Shown: in pieces, positions 42,814 to 52,998 of the stretch | How the letters are laid out: each line of letters starts with the position of its first letter | Position numbering within the stretch: position 1 is the first letter of the stretch | From: an uncultured Nitrospiraceae bacterium | Lineage (GTDB): Bacteria; Nitrospirota; Nitrospiria; Nitrospirales; Nitrospiraceae | Assembly: GCA_963846575.1 (NCBI GenBank) | Contig: CAWJWJ010000001.1 | Span: forward strand, 448,001 to 512,000 | DNA: 64,000 nucleotides | Direction: 5' to 3' | Notes under the pieces: model-generated | Databases searched by the model: none | What the model was told of the DNA's origin: nothing | Seen by the model: the letters and a program-made list of their open reading frames with translations, nothing else | Program-made: the position numbers and the translations under genes

Positions 42814-45413
42814 GCCCGATGACTTTGCGGAGACGCGCCTCGATTAACCGGTTCAAGTTTGGCCGCAATTTTATCGAAGACATAAGCCTCGATAAAGTCT
42901 CCTGACTTGAGATCGTTAAAATTCTCGACCGTGATGCCGCACTCATACCCCTGCTGCACTTCTCGCACGTCGTCCTTGAAGCGCCGGAGGGAGCCCAACT
43001 TCCCGTCATATACGACCACGCTATCTCGAATCACGCGCACTCCGACACTCGTGCGGGAGATTACCCCATCCACCACGTAACATCCGGCCACGAGCCCGGC
43101 TTTCGGGATCGTAAACATCTGCCTGACCTCGGCCCGGCCCAGAATGCGCTCCTTGAGCATCGGCTCGAGCATTCCTTCCATAGCCGCGCGAATATCGTTC
43201 AGCGCATCGTAGATAATGCTGTAGAGGCGGACATCGACACCTTCGCGTTCCGCCAGCGCGGACGCTTTGGGCTCCGGGCGAATATTGAATCCGATCACGA
43301 TCGCCTTGGAGGCAGCCGCCAGCAGAACATCGGTTTCAGTAATACCCCCTACCCCGCTGTGCATAACTCGCAACTTCACGGCACCGACTGGCATCTTTTC
43401 AACCGCGGAAGCCAAGGCTTCAGCGGACCCTTGCACATCGGCCTTGATCACGATGGGCAATTCTTTGACGTTGCCCTCCTGAATCTTGGCAAACAAATCG
43501 TCCAAGCTGATCTTCGCGGGACCGGCCAGGTCTGCGGCGCGCTGCTTCATCGCACGCTCCTGGGCAATCTCTCGAGCGACGCGCTCATCTTTCACAATGG
43601 TAAAGAGATCGCCGGCACCCGGGACGCCCGGCAACCCAATGACTTCCACCGGAACAGATGGTCCGGCCTCGGATGTCTTACGCCCCGTATCGGTAACCAG
43701 CGCCCTCACGCGGCCACTGAACGTTCCCACCACAAAGGCATCCCCGACATGCAGCGTTCCGCTCTGGACTAACACCGTGGCTACCGGTCCACGGCCCCGG
43801 TCCAGCTTCGCTTCAATGACGAGCCCCTTAGCCATTCGGGAGGGATCCGCTTTTAATTCCAAGACCTCCGCCTGCAACAACACCATTTCCAGGAGTTGAT
43901 CGAGCCCAGTCCGCTGCTTGGCAGACACTTCGACCATAATGGTGTCTCCACCCCAAGGCTCGGGAATCAAGCCATGCTCGGTCAGGGCATTCTTAACTCG
44001 GTCAACATTGGATCCTGGCTTATCGACCTTGTTGATAGCTACGATGAGCGGCACGCCGGCGGCCTTCGCGTGATGGATGGCCTCCACTGTTTGCGGCATG
44101 ACACCATCGTCGGCAGCGACAACGAGAATCACGATGTCCGTCGCCTTCGCTCCCCGAGCCCGCATAGCCGTGAAGGCTTCGTGGCCCGGCGTATCGAGAA
44201 ATGTCACCTGCTTGCCACGAACGCCCACAATGTAGGCGCCGATATGCTGAGTGATGCCTCCAGCCTCTCCTTCCGCCACCTTCGTTTCCCGAATAGCATC
44301 GAGCAAGGAAGTTTTCCCATGGTCGACGTGCCCCATGATCGTCACGACCGGCGGACGCAGGACTGCATGCTCTTCACCCGTCGATTGGGCGGCCTCTTCC
44401 AGTAATTCATCGCCAACCTTTTCCGTCGAGACCTCTACTCTGGCTCCATATTCCTCAGCAATCAACGACGCGGCTTCCAGATTAATCGACTGATTAAAGG
44501 TCACCATCTGGCCCATCTCCATCAGCTTCCGGACGATGTCGGCCGGCCGTTGACCGATGAGTTCCGCGAATTCCTTGACACTCACTCCTGCGCTCAGTTT
44601 CACGCTTTTCTTTCTCGGCTTAGTGACTTCCGTTGGTGAGGCATGGTGAATATGCTTCGAACGATCCTCTCGCCGCTGCACCGGAATTGCTCGCAGGTCG
44701 CCCCATCGAGTGGCATCGTTTTTGAACTTCGCTTCGTCTTCTTCCCGCGTGCGCGGTGCCTTTTTGCCCTTTTTCAGCTTCTCGCGCGCGGCCGCCTCGC
44801 TCTCGAGGGCCTCCGCGGCCGCACTCTTCTTCTTCGCCGCTGTAAGCGCGTCGACAGGAGGTGGCACGGCTAATGGTGCCGGGTCTGGCTTTCCGGGGGA
44901 TTCCGGCGGGAGCGCAACAATGGAAGGCTCTGACTCCACTTCCTCGGAGGTGACAGGTTCAGCCGGAGTCGTCGCAACGATTTCATCCCCCTGATCCCCC
45001 GCGGGTCCGGCCACTGGGACGTCGGTCGACGATACCGCAGGATGTGCTGCCGCAAAAGCCGCCTCTGCTGCCGCGAGCGGCGCAAGAGCATCTTCAGCGC
45101 CTTCCTCTCGTTTCTTCTTAATGAGAATCCGTTTCTTGTCCGGCTTCTGAGGCTCTTCGTGCATGACCGCATGGCCGCGCTCGTGAGAGGCACCTGGCTC
45201 CTTTGACGAACGGAGCCCCTTCTTGGACTCATGTCCGCTGGCGCCGCCTTCTCCCGACCGCACCTTAGGACCTACCCTCTCCAGCACGATTCGAACCGAA
45301 TCCTCATCCAAGGCGCTACTGTGGGACGCCACCGGAATCCCGAGCCGTTTCAGTTCAGGTATCAACTCCCGATTTTCCATCCCCAGCTGCTTTGCTAATT
45401 CGTACACCCGCAT
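42810..45413 (-). CDS. infB: Translation initiation factor IF-2
   Basis: [46 protein letters not shown]. Confidence 0.99.
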   Translation of the reverse strand: MRVYELAKQLGMENRELIPELKRLGIPVASHSSALDEDSVRIVLERVGPKVRSGEGGASGHESKKGLRSSKEPGASHERGHAVMHEEPQKPDKKRILIKKKREEGAEDALAPLAAAEAAFAAAHPAVSSTDVPVAGPAGDQGDEIVATTPAEPVTSEEVESEPSIVALPPESPGKPDPAPLAVPPPVDALTAAKKKSAAAEALESEAAAREKLKKGKKAPRTREEDEAKFKNDATRWGDLRAIPVQRREDRSKHIHHASPTEVTKPRKKSVKLSAGVSVKEFAELIGQRPADIVRKLMEMGQMVTFNQSINLEAASLIAEEYGARVEVSTEKVGDELLEEAAQSTGEEHAVLRPPVVTIMGHVDHGKTSLLDAIRETKVAEGEAGGITQHIGAYIVGVRGKQVTFLDTPGHEAFTAMRARGAKATDIVILVVAADDGVMPQTVEAIHHAKAAGVPLIVAINKVDKPGSNVDRVKNALTEHGLIPEPWGGDTIMVEVSAKQRTGLDQLLEMVLLQAEVLELKADPSRMAKGLVIEAKLDRGRGPVATVLVQSGTLHVGDAFVVGTFSGRVRALVTDTGRKTSEAGPSVPVEVIGLPGVPGAGDLFTIVKDERVAREIAQERAMKQRAADLAGPAKISLDDLFAKIQEGNVKELPIVIKADVQGSAEALASAVEKMPVGAVKLRVMHSGVGGITETDVLLAAASKAIVIGFNIRPEPKASALAEREGVDVRLYSIIYDALNDIRAAMEGMLEPMLKERILGRAEVRQMFTIPKAGLVAGCYVVDGVISRTSVGVRVIRDSVVVYDGKLGSLRRFKDDVREVQQGYECGITVENFNDLKSGDFIEAYVFDKIAAKLEPVNRGASPQSHRA

Positions 45414-45476
45414 ACAGTACCGCTTAGCTCCACCCGCTTAGATAATTGCCATTCAGCCCATGCATAATGAGCCGCT

Positions 45477-46616
45477 TCAGTCCGCCTGTTGTGCCGCAGC
45501 CCGCGCTTCGTCCTGCTGGCGCTGCGCCTCGGTCTCTTCCGCCAGGGCCGCCTTAATATCTCGATCCCGCTCCGCCTTTTCCTTCTCGTATTCGGTCGCG
45601 CTGATGATGTCGATCTTCCAGCCGGTCAACCGCGCAGCCAGCCGCACATTTTGCCCGTTCTTTCCAATCGCCAAAGAGAGCTGCGAATCCGCCACGACAA
45701 CCAACGCCGACTTCTTTTCCTCGTCGATTCCCACCTTTTCAATGGTGGCAGGATTCAGCGCCTCCGCAATAAACACGCGGGGATCCTGGGTCCATGTGAT
45801 GATGTCGATCTTCTCACCGCGCAACTCACGTACCACGGCCTGCACCCGAGACCCCTTGATACCGACACAGGCCCCCACCGGGTCTACCGCCTTATCGCGC
45901 GACGAGACAGCGATTTTGGTTCGATCGCCAGGCTCACGGACGATCGACTTGATTTCTACAATTTTTTCTCCCACCTCGGGAACTTCGAGCTCAAACATTT
46001 TCGCCACGAACTGCGGATGGCTGCGCGAAAGGATGACCTGCACGTCCTTGGGCGTGCGACGCACCTCCAAGAGCAAGGCCTTCACCCGGTCCCCCCTGCG
46101 GTAAGTTTCGCGCGGAATCTGCTCCTGTATAGGCAGGATTGCCTCTGTCTTGCCCAGGTCAACCAGGAAATTTCGCCGCTCCATGCCCAGAATGATACCG
46201 TTGACTAGGTCTCCCTGACGCGTCGAATATTCTTTTTGAACCGCTTCCCACTCGGCCTCTCGCACCTTTTGGAAAATAACCTGCTTCGCTGTTTGGGCGG
46301 CAATGCGGCCCAACTCGTCCATTTCGATCAAGGAGCCGATCTCATCGCCCACTTCCGCCCCTTCGTCATACAGTCGCGCTTCCTTCAAAGAGATCTCAGC
46401 CTTCGGATTCGCCACCGTATCGACAATGATTTTTTTCGAAACAACCGAGATCTCCCCCGTTTTGCCATCGATCTCCACCTGGATGTTTTCGGCCTGGCCG
46501 AATCGTTTCTTGGCAGCCGTTTGGAGCGCCGACTCGATCGCGCCAATGACCCTGGCCTTATCGATCCCCTTTTGACGACCGATCTCATCAATGACTGCGA
46601 TCAATTCTCGGTTCAT
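45477..46616 (-). CDS. nusA: Transcription factor NusA
   Basis: GRIAAQTAKQV, FELEVPE, DPVGACVG, SLAIGKNGQNVRLA. Confidence 0.99.
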   Translation of the reverse strand: MNRELIAVIDEIGRQKGIDKARVIGAIESALQTAAKKRFGQAENIQVEIDGKTGEISVVSKKIIVDTVANPKAEISLKEARLYDEGAEVGDEIGSLIEMDELGRIAAQTAKQVIFQKVREAEWEAVQKEYSTRQGDLVNGIILGMERRNFLVDLGKTEAILPIQEQIPRETYRRGDRVKALLLEVRRTPKDVQVILSRSHPQFVAKMFELEVPEVGEKIVEIKSIVREPGDRTKIAVSSRDKAVDPVGACVGIKGSRVQAVVRELRGEKIDIITWTQDPRVFIAEALNPATIEKVGIDEEKKSALVVVADSQLSLAIGKNGQNVRLAARLTGWKIDIISATEYEKEKAERDRDIKAALAEETEAQRQQDEARAAAQQAD

Positions 46617-46661
46617 AACTCGTACCTCATCGTTTACACATCACCCTGGCAGGCTCGGCCG

Positions 46662-47180
46662 TTAAGAAAATTCCACTTTCCGTCGCGCCACGGTAATCTG
46701 ATCAAATTCAATTCGAATGGTTTCCGTCGTCTTTTTTTGTTGAACCGCGAGCGTCACGGCACGGTCTTCAACTTCAACTACTGTTCCGATAATCCGCCAT
46801 TGTGCCTGTATTGGCTCGCGCAGCTTGAGATTCACAGGCTGACCGATCAGGCGCCGATAATCTTGCGCTCCACGCAGAGGACGGTCCAGGCCTGGCGACG
46901 ATACTTCCAGGGTGTAGGCATGAGGGAAGGGATCAATCACATCGAGTGCCGGACTTAGCGAGCGATGCGCCTGCTCACAATCCGTCAGTGTGATTCCTCC
47001 CGGTTTGTCGATAAAGACACGGATGACCGTTCGTGGGCCCTGGCCAACACAAACAGCCTCGACCAACTCCAAACCATGGGACTGCAAGATCGGGGCTGCG
47101 ATCTCCTGCACACGCAGGTTTAGAGTCTCAGCACGTTTCACTGAGGGCTTGCCTGCAGAGACTGCTCCCACTTCACCCAT
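46662..47180 (-). CDS. rimP: Ribosome maturation factor RimP
   Basis: RVFIDKPGGITLTDC, LDVIDP, YTLEVSSPGLDRPL. Confidence 0.97.
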   Translation of the reverse strand: MGEVGAVSAGKPSVKRAETLNLRVQEIAAPILQSHGLELVEAVCVGQGPRTVIRVFIDKPGGITLTDCEQAHRSLSPALDVIDPFPHAYTLEVSSPGLDRPLRGAQDYRRLIGQPVNLKLREPIQAQWRIIGTVVEVEDRAVTLAVQQKKTTETIRIEFDQITVARRKVEFS

Positions 47181-47201
47181 AGACAAAAAAGAAGCTCAAA
47201 C

Positions 47202-47225
47202 AAAAAAGTGGGCCTGGGCCCACTT
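47202..47225 (-). promoter_or_regulatory. rimP-leader attenuator hairpin
   Basis: AAGTGGGC-CCAG-GCCCACTT-TTTT between the promoter and the rimP start, matching the GGGC..GCCC terminator-like leader conserved upstream of rimP-nusA-infB. Confidence 0.8.
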
Positions 47226-47236
47226 ACAGCGCGGCA

Positions 47237-47265
47237 ACAATACCATGCCATATTAATGAAAGCAA
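47237..47265 (-). promoter_or_regulatory. sigma70 promoter of the rimP operon
   Basis: TTGCTT-N17-TATTGT with an extended TG. Confidence 0.6.
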
Positions 47266-47272
47266 GGGGCCG

Positions 47273-48112
47273 CTACCCGATCAAGGCCTCCCATCTGTCA
47301 GACATGAGTCGTGACACTGCGCCGGGCATCCCGCCCCCGATACTCTGCCCGTCGATCCGGACGACGGGCAACACTTCAACCGTCGTTCCCGTCAAGAAGA
47401 CTTCCGAGGCCGTGAGTAAGTCTTCCCGACTGATAAAATTTTCCGAAATAGAAAGCCCTTCCTTCCTCGCCAATTCCAGAATGAGAGACCGGGTAACGCC
47501 GGAAAGGATTCTGTTGCCCTCAGGGGCGGTCTGGATGCCACCTTTTCGTACTACGACGACATTGCTCACGGATCCCTCGGTCACCAGGCCATCCCGTACT
47601 AAAATCGCTTCGAATGCCCCGGCTTCTTTTGCACGCTGACGCGCCAGCACATTCGCCAGCAGATTGACACTCTTGATATCACAGCGCCCCCAACGAATAT
47701 CCTCGACCGTGATGGCCGACACCCCGGCGTTACGAACAGATGCATCAAGTGGCCGGAACTCTCGAAAGGTGAGGACCGTGGTCGGATCGAGATTCTCGGG
47801 GAAGGGATGATCACGAGGGGCGCGCCCCCTCGTGATCTGCAGGTAGATCTTCGCCTCGCGGAAGCCGCTTAAGCGCAGACCTTCCCGTATCAGCGAGGCC
47901 CACTGCGCCGGCGTGCGCCCAGGTGAAAGCCGCAGGGCATGCGCACTTCGTTCCAGTCTCGCCAGATGTGCCTCGACGGCGAAGGGTTGCCCGCGATACG
48001 TGCGAATGACCTCGTAGACACCGTCACCGAACTGAAACCCTCGATCCTCCACGCTGACAACGGCTTCTGATAGCGGACCGAAGTCACCATTCACATAGGC
48101 AATGTCAGGCAT
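47273..48112 (-). CDS. dat: D-amino-acid aminotransferase (class IV PLP)
   Basis: EDRGFQFGDGVYEV, YLQITRG, RWGRCDIKSVNLL, TEGSVSN, ILSGVTR. Confidence 0.88.
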   Translation of the reverse strand: MPDIAYVNGDFGPLSEAVVSVEDRGFQFGDGVYEVIRTYRGQPFAVEAHLARLERSAHALRLSPGRTPAQWASLIREGLRLSGFREAKIYLQITRGRAPRDHPFPENLDPTTVLTFREFRPLDASVRNAGVSAITVEDIRWGRCDIKSVNLLANVLARQRAKEAGAFEAILVRDGLVTEGSVSNVVVVRKGGIQTAPEGNRILSGVTRSLILELARKEGLSISENFISREDLLTASEVFLTGTTVEVLPVVRIDGQSIGGGMPGAVSRLMSDRWEALIG

Positions 48113-48137
48113 GTCGAAGTCCCAGAGTCACTCTTGG

Positions 48138-48470
48138 TTAGGATACAGTCACATAATAAATCTGCCGGTCTTCAGCCGTAAATTTCCAACCCATGCGCTT
48201 TTCGAACACCAGACGGTGAGTCCCGCTCGCCACCGCCTTGAATTCGAACATGCGTTGCCCGTTGTCCACAGCGTTATTACTGGCGATGCGAAGAAAGTCG
48301 TCTTCCACAAGGGGCATGACCGTGGCGTCATAAACAGGCACCCACTGCTCCCCCCTCGTCCGATCCTCCCACAAATGAATGTGAACGGAAGTGCCCAGTC
48401 GCGCAGTGAGCGTTTTGGCCCCCGCCTCCTGCTCAGTTCCTGTCGGCACAGCCTTACTCGATGGACTCAT
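48138..48470 (-). CDS. Chagasin/I42-inhibitor-like Ig-fold protein with degenerate loops
   Basis: VHIHLWEDRTRGEQW...GQRMFEFKAVASGTHRLVFEKRMGW follows the I42 strand pattern; no signal peptide. Confidence 0.68.
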   Translation of the reverse strand: MSPSSKAVPTGTEQEAGAKTLTARLGTSVHIHLWEDRTRGEQWVPVYDATVMPLVEDDFLRIASNNAVDNGQRMFEFKAVASGTHRLVFEKRMGWKFTAEDRQIYYVTVS

Positions 48471-48510
48471 AGACCTTCTCTCAGCGTTTACGACTTACCA
48501 GTCAGCGGGG

Positions 48511-48849
48511 TTAGACCTTCCGCCGTCCCCCGACAAACACCTGCCCTTCCTCAACCCGCACATCATAACTACCGACGCAATACCCTCCGCCGTCTGTCCC
48601 TTGACCATTTCGAACATCGAACGCCAGGTCATGCCAGGGACAGGACACGACGTGCCCCTTCACACGACCCTTGTTCAAAGGGCCGCCTTCATGAGGACAG
48701 GCGTTGTAAATGGCGTGAAAGTGCCCCTCGATATTAAACACCGCGATGGCCCGCTCATTGACTTTCACCACCCTGACTTGGCCGGGGGGGATATCCTCAA
48801 CCTTGGCCACACATTGAAACCCTTCCATAAGCAACTCCGATTTCCTCAC
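48511..48849 (-). CDS. Rieske [2Fe-2S] ferredoxin
   Basis: CPHEGGPL...CPWH (CxH...CxxH). Confidence 0.95.
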   Translation of the reverse strand: MRKSELLMEGFQCVAKVEDIPPGQVRVVKVNERAIAVFNIEGHFHAIYNACPHEGGPLNKGRVKGHVVSCPWHDLAFDVRNGQGTDGGGYCVGSYDVRVEEGQVFVGGRRKV

Positions 48850-49343
48850 ATACGAAGCGTAAACTTGAGTTCCATTCCCGCTGCAATACCTTCACGACGG
48901 ATATAGCCCGCCTCGGTTTCGATCAAGTAGCGAACCGGCTCTGGCGGTGGTCCATACAGTGGACACGGATCTTGCTCGCAGGGCGGCACCTGCTCCAACA
49001 TATGCACCACGTGGTGGCTCTCATCAATCCAGAGCATATCAACCGGAATACGAAACTGCTTGGTCCGAACTCGATGCAAACCGGTCGACTCAAAGATATA
49101 AAGCATCCCCGTGTCTGCTGGCAATCCTTCACGGAAGGCCAGACCGAACAGCAACTTCTCAGGCGTACTAGCCACCTCGGTCTCCAGAATCTTTCCGTTG
49201 GGAAATTCCACAATAATGAGTTCGGACTCCTTCGGCCCTCCGAGAAACAGGCTCACGCTGATCAGCAGAATGACCAGAAGAACAAACGTCACAATTTTCT
49301 TGCGACGCTGTTCCGATTGCGATCCGGACGCTGTCTTCACCAT
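48846..49343 (-). CDS. Membrane-anchored DUF192 protein
   Basis: N-terminal TM helix; EVASTP...GLAFRE.LP...GMLYIF...IPVDMLWID...PC...CPLY...YLIETEAG. Confidence 0.88.
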   Translation of the reverse strand: MVKTASGSQSEQRRKKIVTFVLLVILLISVSLFLGGPKESELIIVEFPNGKILETEVASTPEKLLFGLAFREGLPADTGMLYIFESTGLHRVRTKQFRIPVDMLWIDESHHVVHMLEQVPPCEQDPCPLYGPPPEPVRYLIETEAGYIRREGIAAGMELKFTLRM

Positions 49344-49466
49344 ACCAAAACGCCAGTCAACACTGATGCATCCTCATAGATGTCGCATGCGCAGAGCCGC
49401 ATGTATATTGGGCCCAAAGCCCCATGACTTTCAGAGCCCTAGGCCTTCTTCCCAGGGGCGGATCTG

Positions 49467-49496
49467 TTGACTTGCCCGAGAATCGCAGCTTAGAAT
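49467..49496 (+). promoter_or_regulatory. sigma70 promoter of the ferredoxin gene
   Basis: TTGACT-N18-TAGAAT. Confidence 0.55.
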
Positions 49497-49585
49497 GCGA
49501 TCCTGTTTCGTCACGGACTATGGTCGTGGCGGTACGAAATTGTCAACATCTTATCCGTCATTAAGGAATTGAGGAGGCACAGGCC

Positions 49586-49933
49586 ATGGCGCTTCTGATC
49601 ACCGATGAATGTATTTCCTGCGGGGCATGTCTGCCAGAATGTCCCAATGAGGCGATCTTCGAAACCCGAAGCGATGCCGAAGGCAAAGGCAACCATGTCG
49701 GCGACGGCCAGGGAGTCGGCGACAATATTTATGTCATCACTCATGATCGCTGCACCGAGTGCGTCGGGCACTTTGACGAACCCCAGTGCGCAGCTGTCTG
49801 CCCCGTGGACAATTGCTGCATAGCGGATCCAGCCTACCCTGAAACGACTGATGTGTTGCTGGAGAAGGCTAAAACGTTGAATCCGGACAAAGAGATCGAT
49901 GCCGCCAAGGTCTGGAGTGGCGTTCGCAACTAA
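49586..49933 (+). CDS. 2[4Fe-4S] ferredoxin, YfhL/Alvin type
   Basis: CISCGACLPECP and CTECVGHFDEPQCAAVCP plus a C-terminal helix; GAGGAGG RBS. Confidence 0.95.
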   Translation: MALLITDECISCGACLPECPNEAIFETRSDAEGKGNHVGDGQGVGDNIYVITHDRCTECVGHFDEPQCAAVCPVDNCCIADPAYPETTDVLLEKAKTLNPDKEIDAAKVWSGVRN

Positions 49934-49963
49934 CCACACTCACGACATCTTCACTGTAGACCA

Positions 49964-49987
49964 CGAAGGCTCCTCCGGGAGCCTTCG
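49964..49987 (+). terminator. Hairpin after the ferredoxin gene
   Basis: CGAAGGCTCC-TCCG-GGAGCCTTCG, a 10-bp stem with a short U tail. Confidence 0.6.
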
Positions 49988-50173
49988 CCGTTTCTGCACC
50001 AGGCCGCTAGGTTCGCCGCATAGATGAACGGATTGGTCATTCTAGCTTTCGCCGACTGGCCGCAGTAGACTTTATGGCAGTACGTAGCGCTGGTGCGCTG
50101 AGCAAGGATGCGGATCAATCTTCGCCTTGCGGCATTGCTCCAGCCTTCTCCACCCTCTCATCTGGAGGTACCC

Positions 50174-50509
50174 ATGACGCGCTTTCTTCCGTTGATCCTG
50201 ATTGGATGCCTTACCAGCATTTTTCTCCCCGCCCAGACGAATGCACGTACCATCGATATTGGTGCGATCATCGAGACTTTTGTCCTGAAGCAGTTTCCTG
50301 ACGCGGCCAGCCACTTTTGGATCGTGAATGAAACTCAGTGGGATGGGGATGAGATGGTGGTTGATGTCGCCGCGATCATTACGGATCGCCGGAAGACCGA
50401 ACCCACCGCAAGCCGGTTTCTTCTGTTGATCGTAGCCGGAAACCTCAAAGGGTCACAGAGTATTCCTATGGATACGTCGGCGGAGTGCAAGCCGGAACAG
50501 GAGACCTGA
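50174..50509 (+). CDS. Small exported hypothetical protein
   Basis: GGAGG RBS before ATG 50174; signal peptide ending TNA|R. Confidence 0.72.
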   Translation: MTRFLPLILIGCLTSIFLPAQTNARTIDIGAIIETFVLKQFPDAASHFWIVNETQWDGDEMVVDVAAIITDRRKTEPTASRFLLLIVAGNLKGSQSIPMDTSAECKPEQET

Positions 50510-50546
50510 AAGTTCTTGCGTGAGCCACGCAGCTTCCCTGGAAACG

Positions 50547-50584
50547 ACTACGCCCCGCCTGCAGCGATGCAGGCGGGGCGTAGT
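50547..50584. terminator. Perfect 17-bp inverted repeat between convergent genes
   Basis: ACTACGCCCCGCCTGCA-GCGA-TGCAGGCGGGGCGTAGT. Confidence 0.75.
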
Positions 50585-50608
50585 GCTGTGCGAAATATGA
50601 CGGATCGA

Positions 50609-51088
50609 CTACTTAATCATCACAATCTTGCCACCGACATGAGCCGGGTGCAAATGGCAACGATAGTTCAACGTATTGCCCTGCGTCGCATAAAACATGT
50701 CGCTGGTCGGAACACCAATATACTTCGTTTCGCCTGGCTTTAATACTACTTCGGCCTTCATCACAAACGGTGAACCTGCGTTGGTCGCGTCGGTCATCTG
50801 GAATCCATGCTCGGCGGAAGAGCTGTTCGTGACTTTGAGTACGACAGGGCGGCCGGGCCGAACTTTGAAATCAATGACGGTGACTGGCGGATACCAGGCC
50901 TTCAAACTGCCGATTTCCACGGCATACAACTCCCCATCCACGATCAATTCCTTAAACGCCTGGCCAACAACCGACCCGGTCTCAAGATCGCCGATTTCAA
51001 CGCCGCCAGCCTGCAGCGCATATGCGCTAGACGCCCCAGCCACTAATACGACCAGGCCAAAAAATACTGCTACCATCGTCTTACCCAT
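50609..51088 (-). CDS. Exported cupredoxin, nitrosocyanin-like
   Basis: Signal peptide ending AYA|; LKVTNSSSAEHGF, VLKPGETK, YRCHLHPAHVGG; AAGGAGGT RBS. Confidence 0.85.
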   Translation of the reverse strand: MGKTMVAVFFGLVVLVAGASSAYALQAGGVEIGDLETGSVVGQAFKELIVDGELYAVEIGSLKAWYPPVTVIDFKVRPGRPVVLKVTNSSSAEHGFQMTDATNAGSPFVMKAEVVLKPGETKYIGVPTSDMFYATQGNTLNYRCHLHPAHVGGKIVMIK

Positions 51089-51363
51089 GACCTACCTCCT
51101 TAAAGAGATTAAGAAGAGATGCGATTAGGTTGGTGAATAATGACCACCGCGCTCAGTAACTCCTACCGGACGACCTGCCTCGCAGAACAGCACCTGAACC
51201 TATCAAAAATGTCCTAAATAACAGGCTAATGAGGGACACCTTATAGCATAGGGATTAAAAAGGAAGCAAGAAAGTTTCTTGAGCGTCATCCGCCCCACAT
51301 GGTTCCGTCAACTACCTGAGGTATTCAGATATCTGGACATTAATACTCCATAACTTCAATTAC

Positions 51364-52935
51364 TTATGGCATCGCCTTTCCATCTGGAGACAGTTCAAGA
51401 GTCTGAGAACCTACCAGCAGATCATAAGGAGTGTAATCATCCGTCAATATCAACCCAGTCGGCCATGGTTTCGCTCGTCTTGTCGCCAGCAATGTAGTCG
51501 CTTCAGGTGGTAACCGGCGCGCTTCTACCTGCGTTTGTATGCGGGACACGATCTGGTCATAGGACATGGTGTCGATTGGGGATCCACCCAAAAAAATCAG
51601 ATTCTCCGCCGTCGTTTGATGTGCTCGCCAGGGCCCCTTAACCGCAAACGATTCGACAGTGGGGAAGGAGGTTCTGAGTGTCTGCACTACCGCGCTCGCG
51701 CGCTGAACATCTCCGCCCTCTCCGGATGAGGCCAGATTGAGCGCTATGACGCCATGAGGATTCAGCCTGGCACGGAGTAGCGAGAAAAATTCGACCGTCG
51801 TTAGATGGAACGGGATGAGATGCCGCGCAAACGCATCCACCCAGATCACGTCATAGGTCTCGTGAGTATCTCGCAAAAATACCCGGGCGTCTTTGACAAA
51901 CACATGATGATTGGCCGGCGGCCGATATAGAAAGTACTGCTCCGCCATCTGCACCACGACCGGGTCGAACTCGACGACATCCAACTCCAATTCTGGCCAG
52001 ACCATTGCCAGCCACTTGGCCAGCGACCCGCCACCGTGCCCAAGAATGAGTCCCCGCTTGGGTTCCGGCGCCAACGCCACAGCAGCCACCATGAGCTGAC
52101 TGTATGGCAGGAAGAGTGTCGTGGGATCGGCCCGCCACATCACCGCATGCCACGTACGGTCGAGCACCAGGTAACGAAACAGATCGTCATCACGCACCCG
52201 CACTTGTTGATAGGGGCTATCTTCCTGGTGCACAACGCCGGCGACAACCGGTGCCTGCCCAAAGACATGCCAGCAGATGATGAGCAGACCACTCAAGAAC
52301 AGGCCGGCCAACTTTGTTATCCGCGCGCTTCCCTGCAGTAGCCATAGCAGGCCTAGCAGGACCTGGATTGCGCCCAAAGAGGCAACGAGCGTCTGGGTTC
52401 CTAACCACGAAAGAAGAAAAAAGGCCGTGCCCCAGGTGCCGGCCAAGCTACCCACCGTGGAGAGAGCAATCATGCTGCCGGCGTGGCGGCCCAGATATCC
52501 CATATCCACAACGGCCAAGCGAAGGAGGGCGGGCATCACACCGCTCAACCCGAAGGCAGGTGGGGCCAGTAACACGCAGGCGGCAAGACTCGGTCCCCAT
52601 CGTGGATCTTCAATGGCCCTCGCCACCTTGAGAATCGTCACCTGCCCCATCCAGGACATCAGCAGCGTCCAGGTACCCGAGGCGAGAAGAAGCCAGGTCA
52701 GGACCGCCGCAACGCGATACCGATCCGATGCCCAGCCGCCGAATGCATAACCCGAACTCATGGCGGCCAAAATGACGCCGATCAGTGCTCCCCAGACAAA
52801 CAGCGAGTTGCCGAACACCGGCGCGAGCAGTCGACTCCCTAGAATTTCCAAGGCCATGACAATCGCCCCGGTCACGAGCGCCGTCACAAGCAAATACACA
52901 CGCGGAATCGAAGAGGAGGCCGGTCCCTGTGCCAT
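51364..52935 (-). CDS. Membrane-domain-fused spermidine synthase-like (SAM/dcSAM-binding) protein
   Basis: About 7 TM helices (MALEILGSRLLAPVFG, STVGSLAGT), then SPYQQVRV, LILGHGGGS, VVEFDP, IWVDAF, LTDDY. Confidence 0.88.
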   Translation of the reverse strand: MAQGPASSSIPRVYLLVTALVTGAIVMALEILGSRLLAPVFGNSLFVWGALIGVILAAMSSGYAFGGWASDRYRVAAVLTWLLLASGTWTLLMSWMGQVTILKVARAIEDPRWGPSLAACVLLAPPAFGLSGVMPALLRLAVVDMGYLGRHAGSMIALSTVGSLAGTWGTAFFLLSWLGTQTLVASLGAIQVLLGLLWLLQGSARITKLAGLFLSGLLIICWHVFGQAPVVAGVVHQEDSPYQQVRVRDDDLFRYLVLDRTWHAVMWRADPTTLFLPYSQLMVAAVALAPEPKRGLILGHGGGSLAKWLAMVWPELELDVVEFDPVVVQMAEQYFLYRPPANHHVFVKDARVFLRDTHETYDVIWVDAFARHLIPFHLTTVEFFSLLRARLNPHGVIALNLASSGEGGDVQRASAVVQTLRTSFPTVESFAVKGPWRAHQTTAENLIFLGGSPIDTMSYDQIVSRIQTQVEARRLPPEATTLLATRRAKPWPTGLILTDDYTPYDLLVGSQTLELSPDGKAMP

Positions 52936-52998
52936 TATGAACGATAAACCGTGGAAGAGAGGATCGCGGAGCAGCATGCAGCGTAATGACGGGTCATC

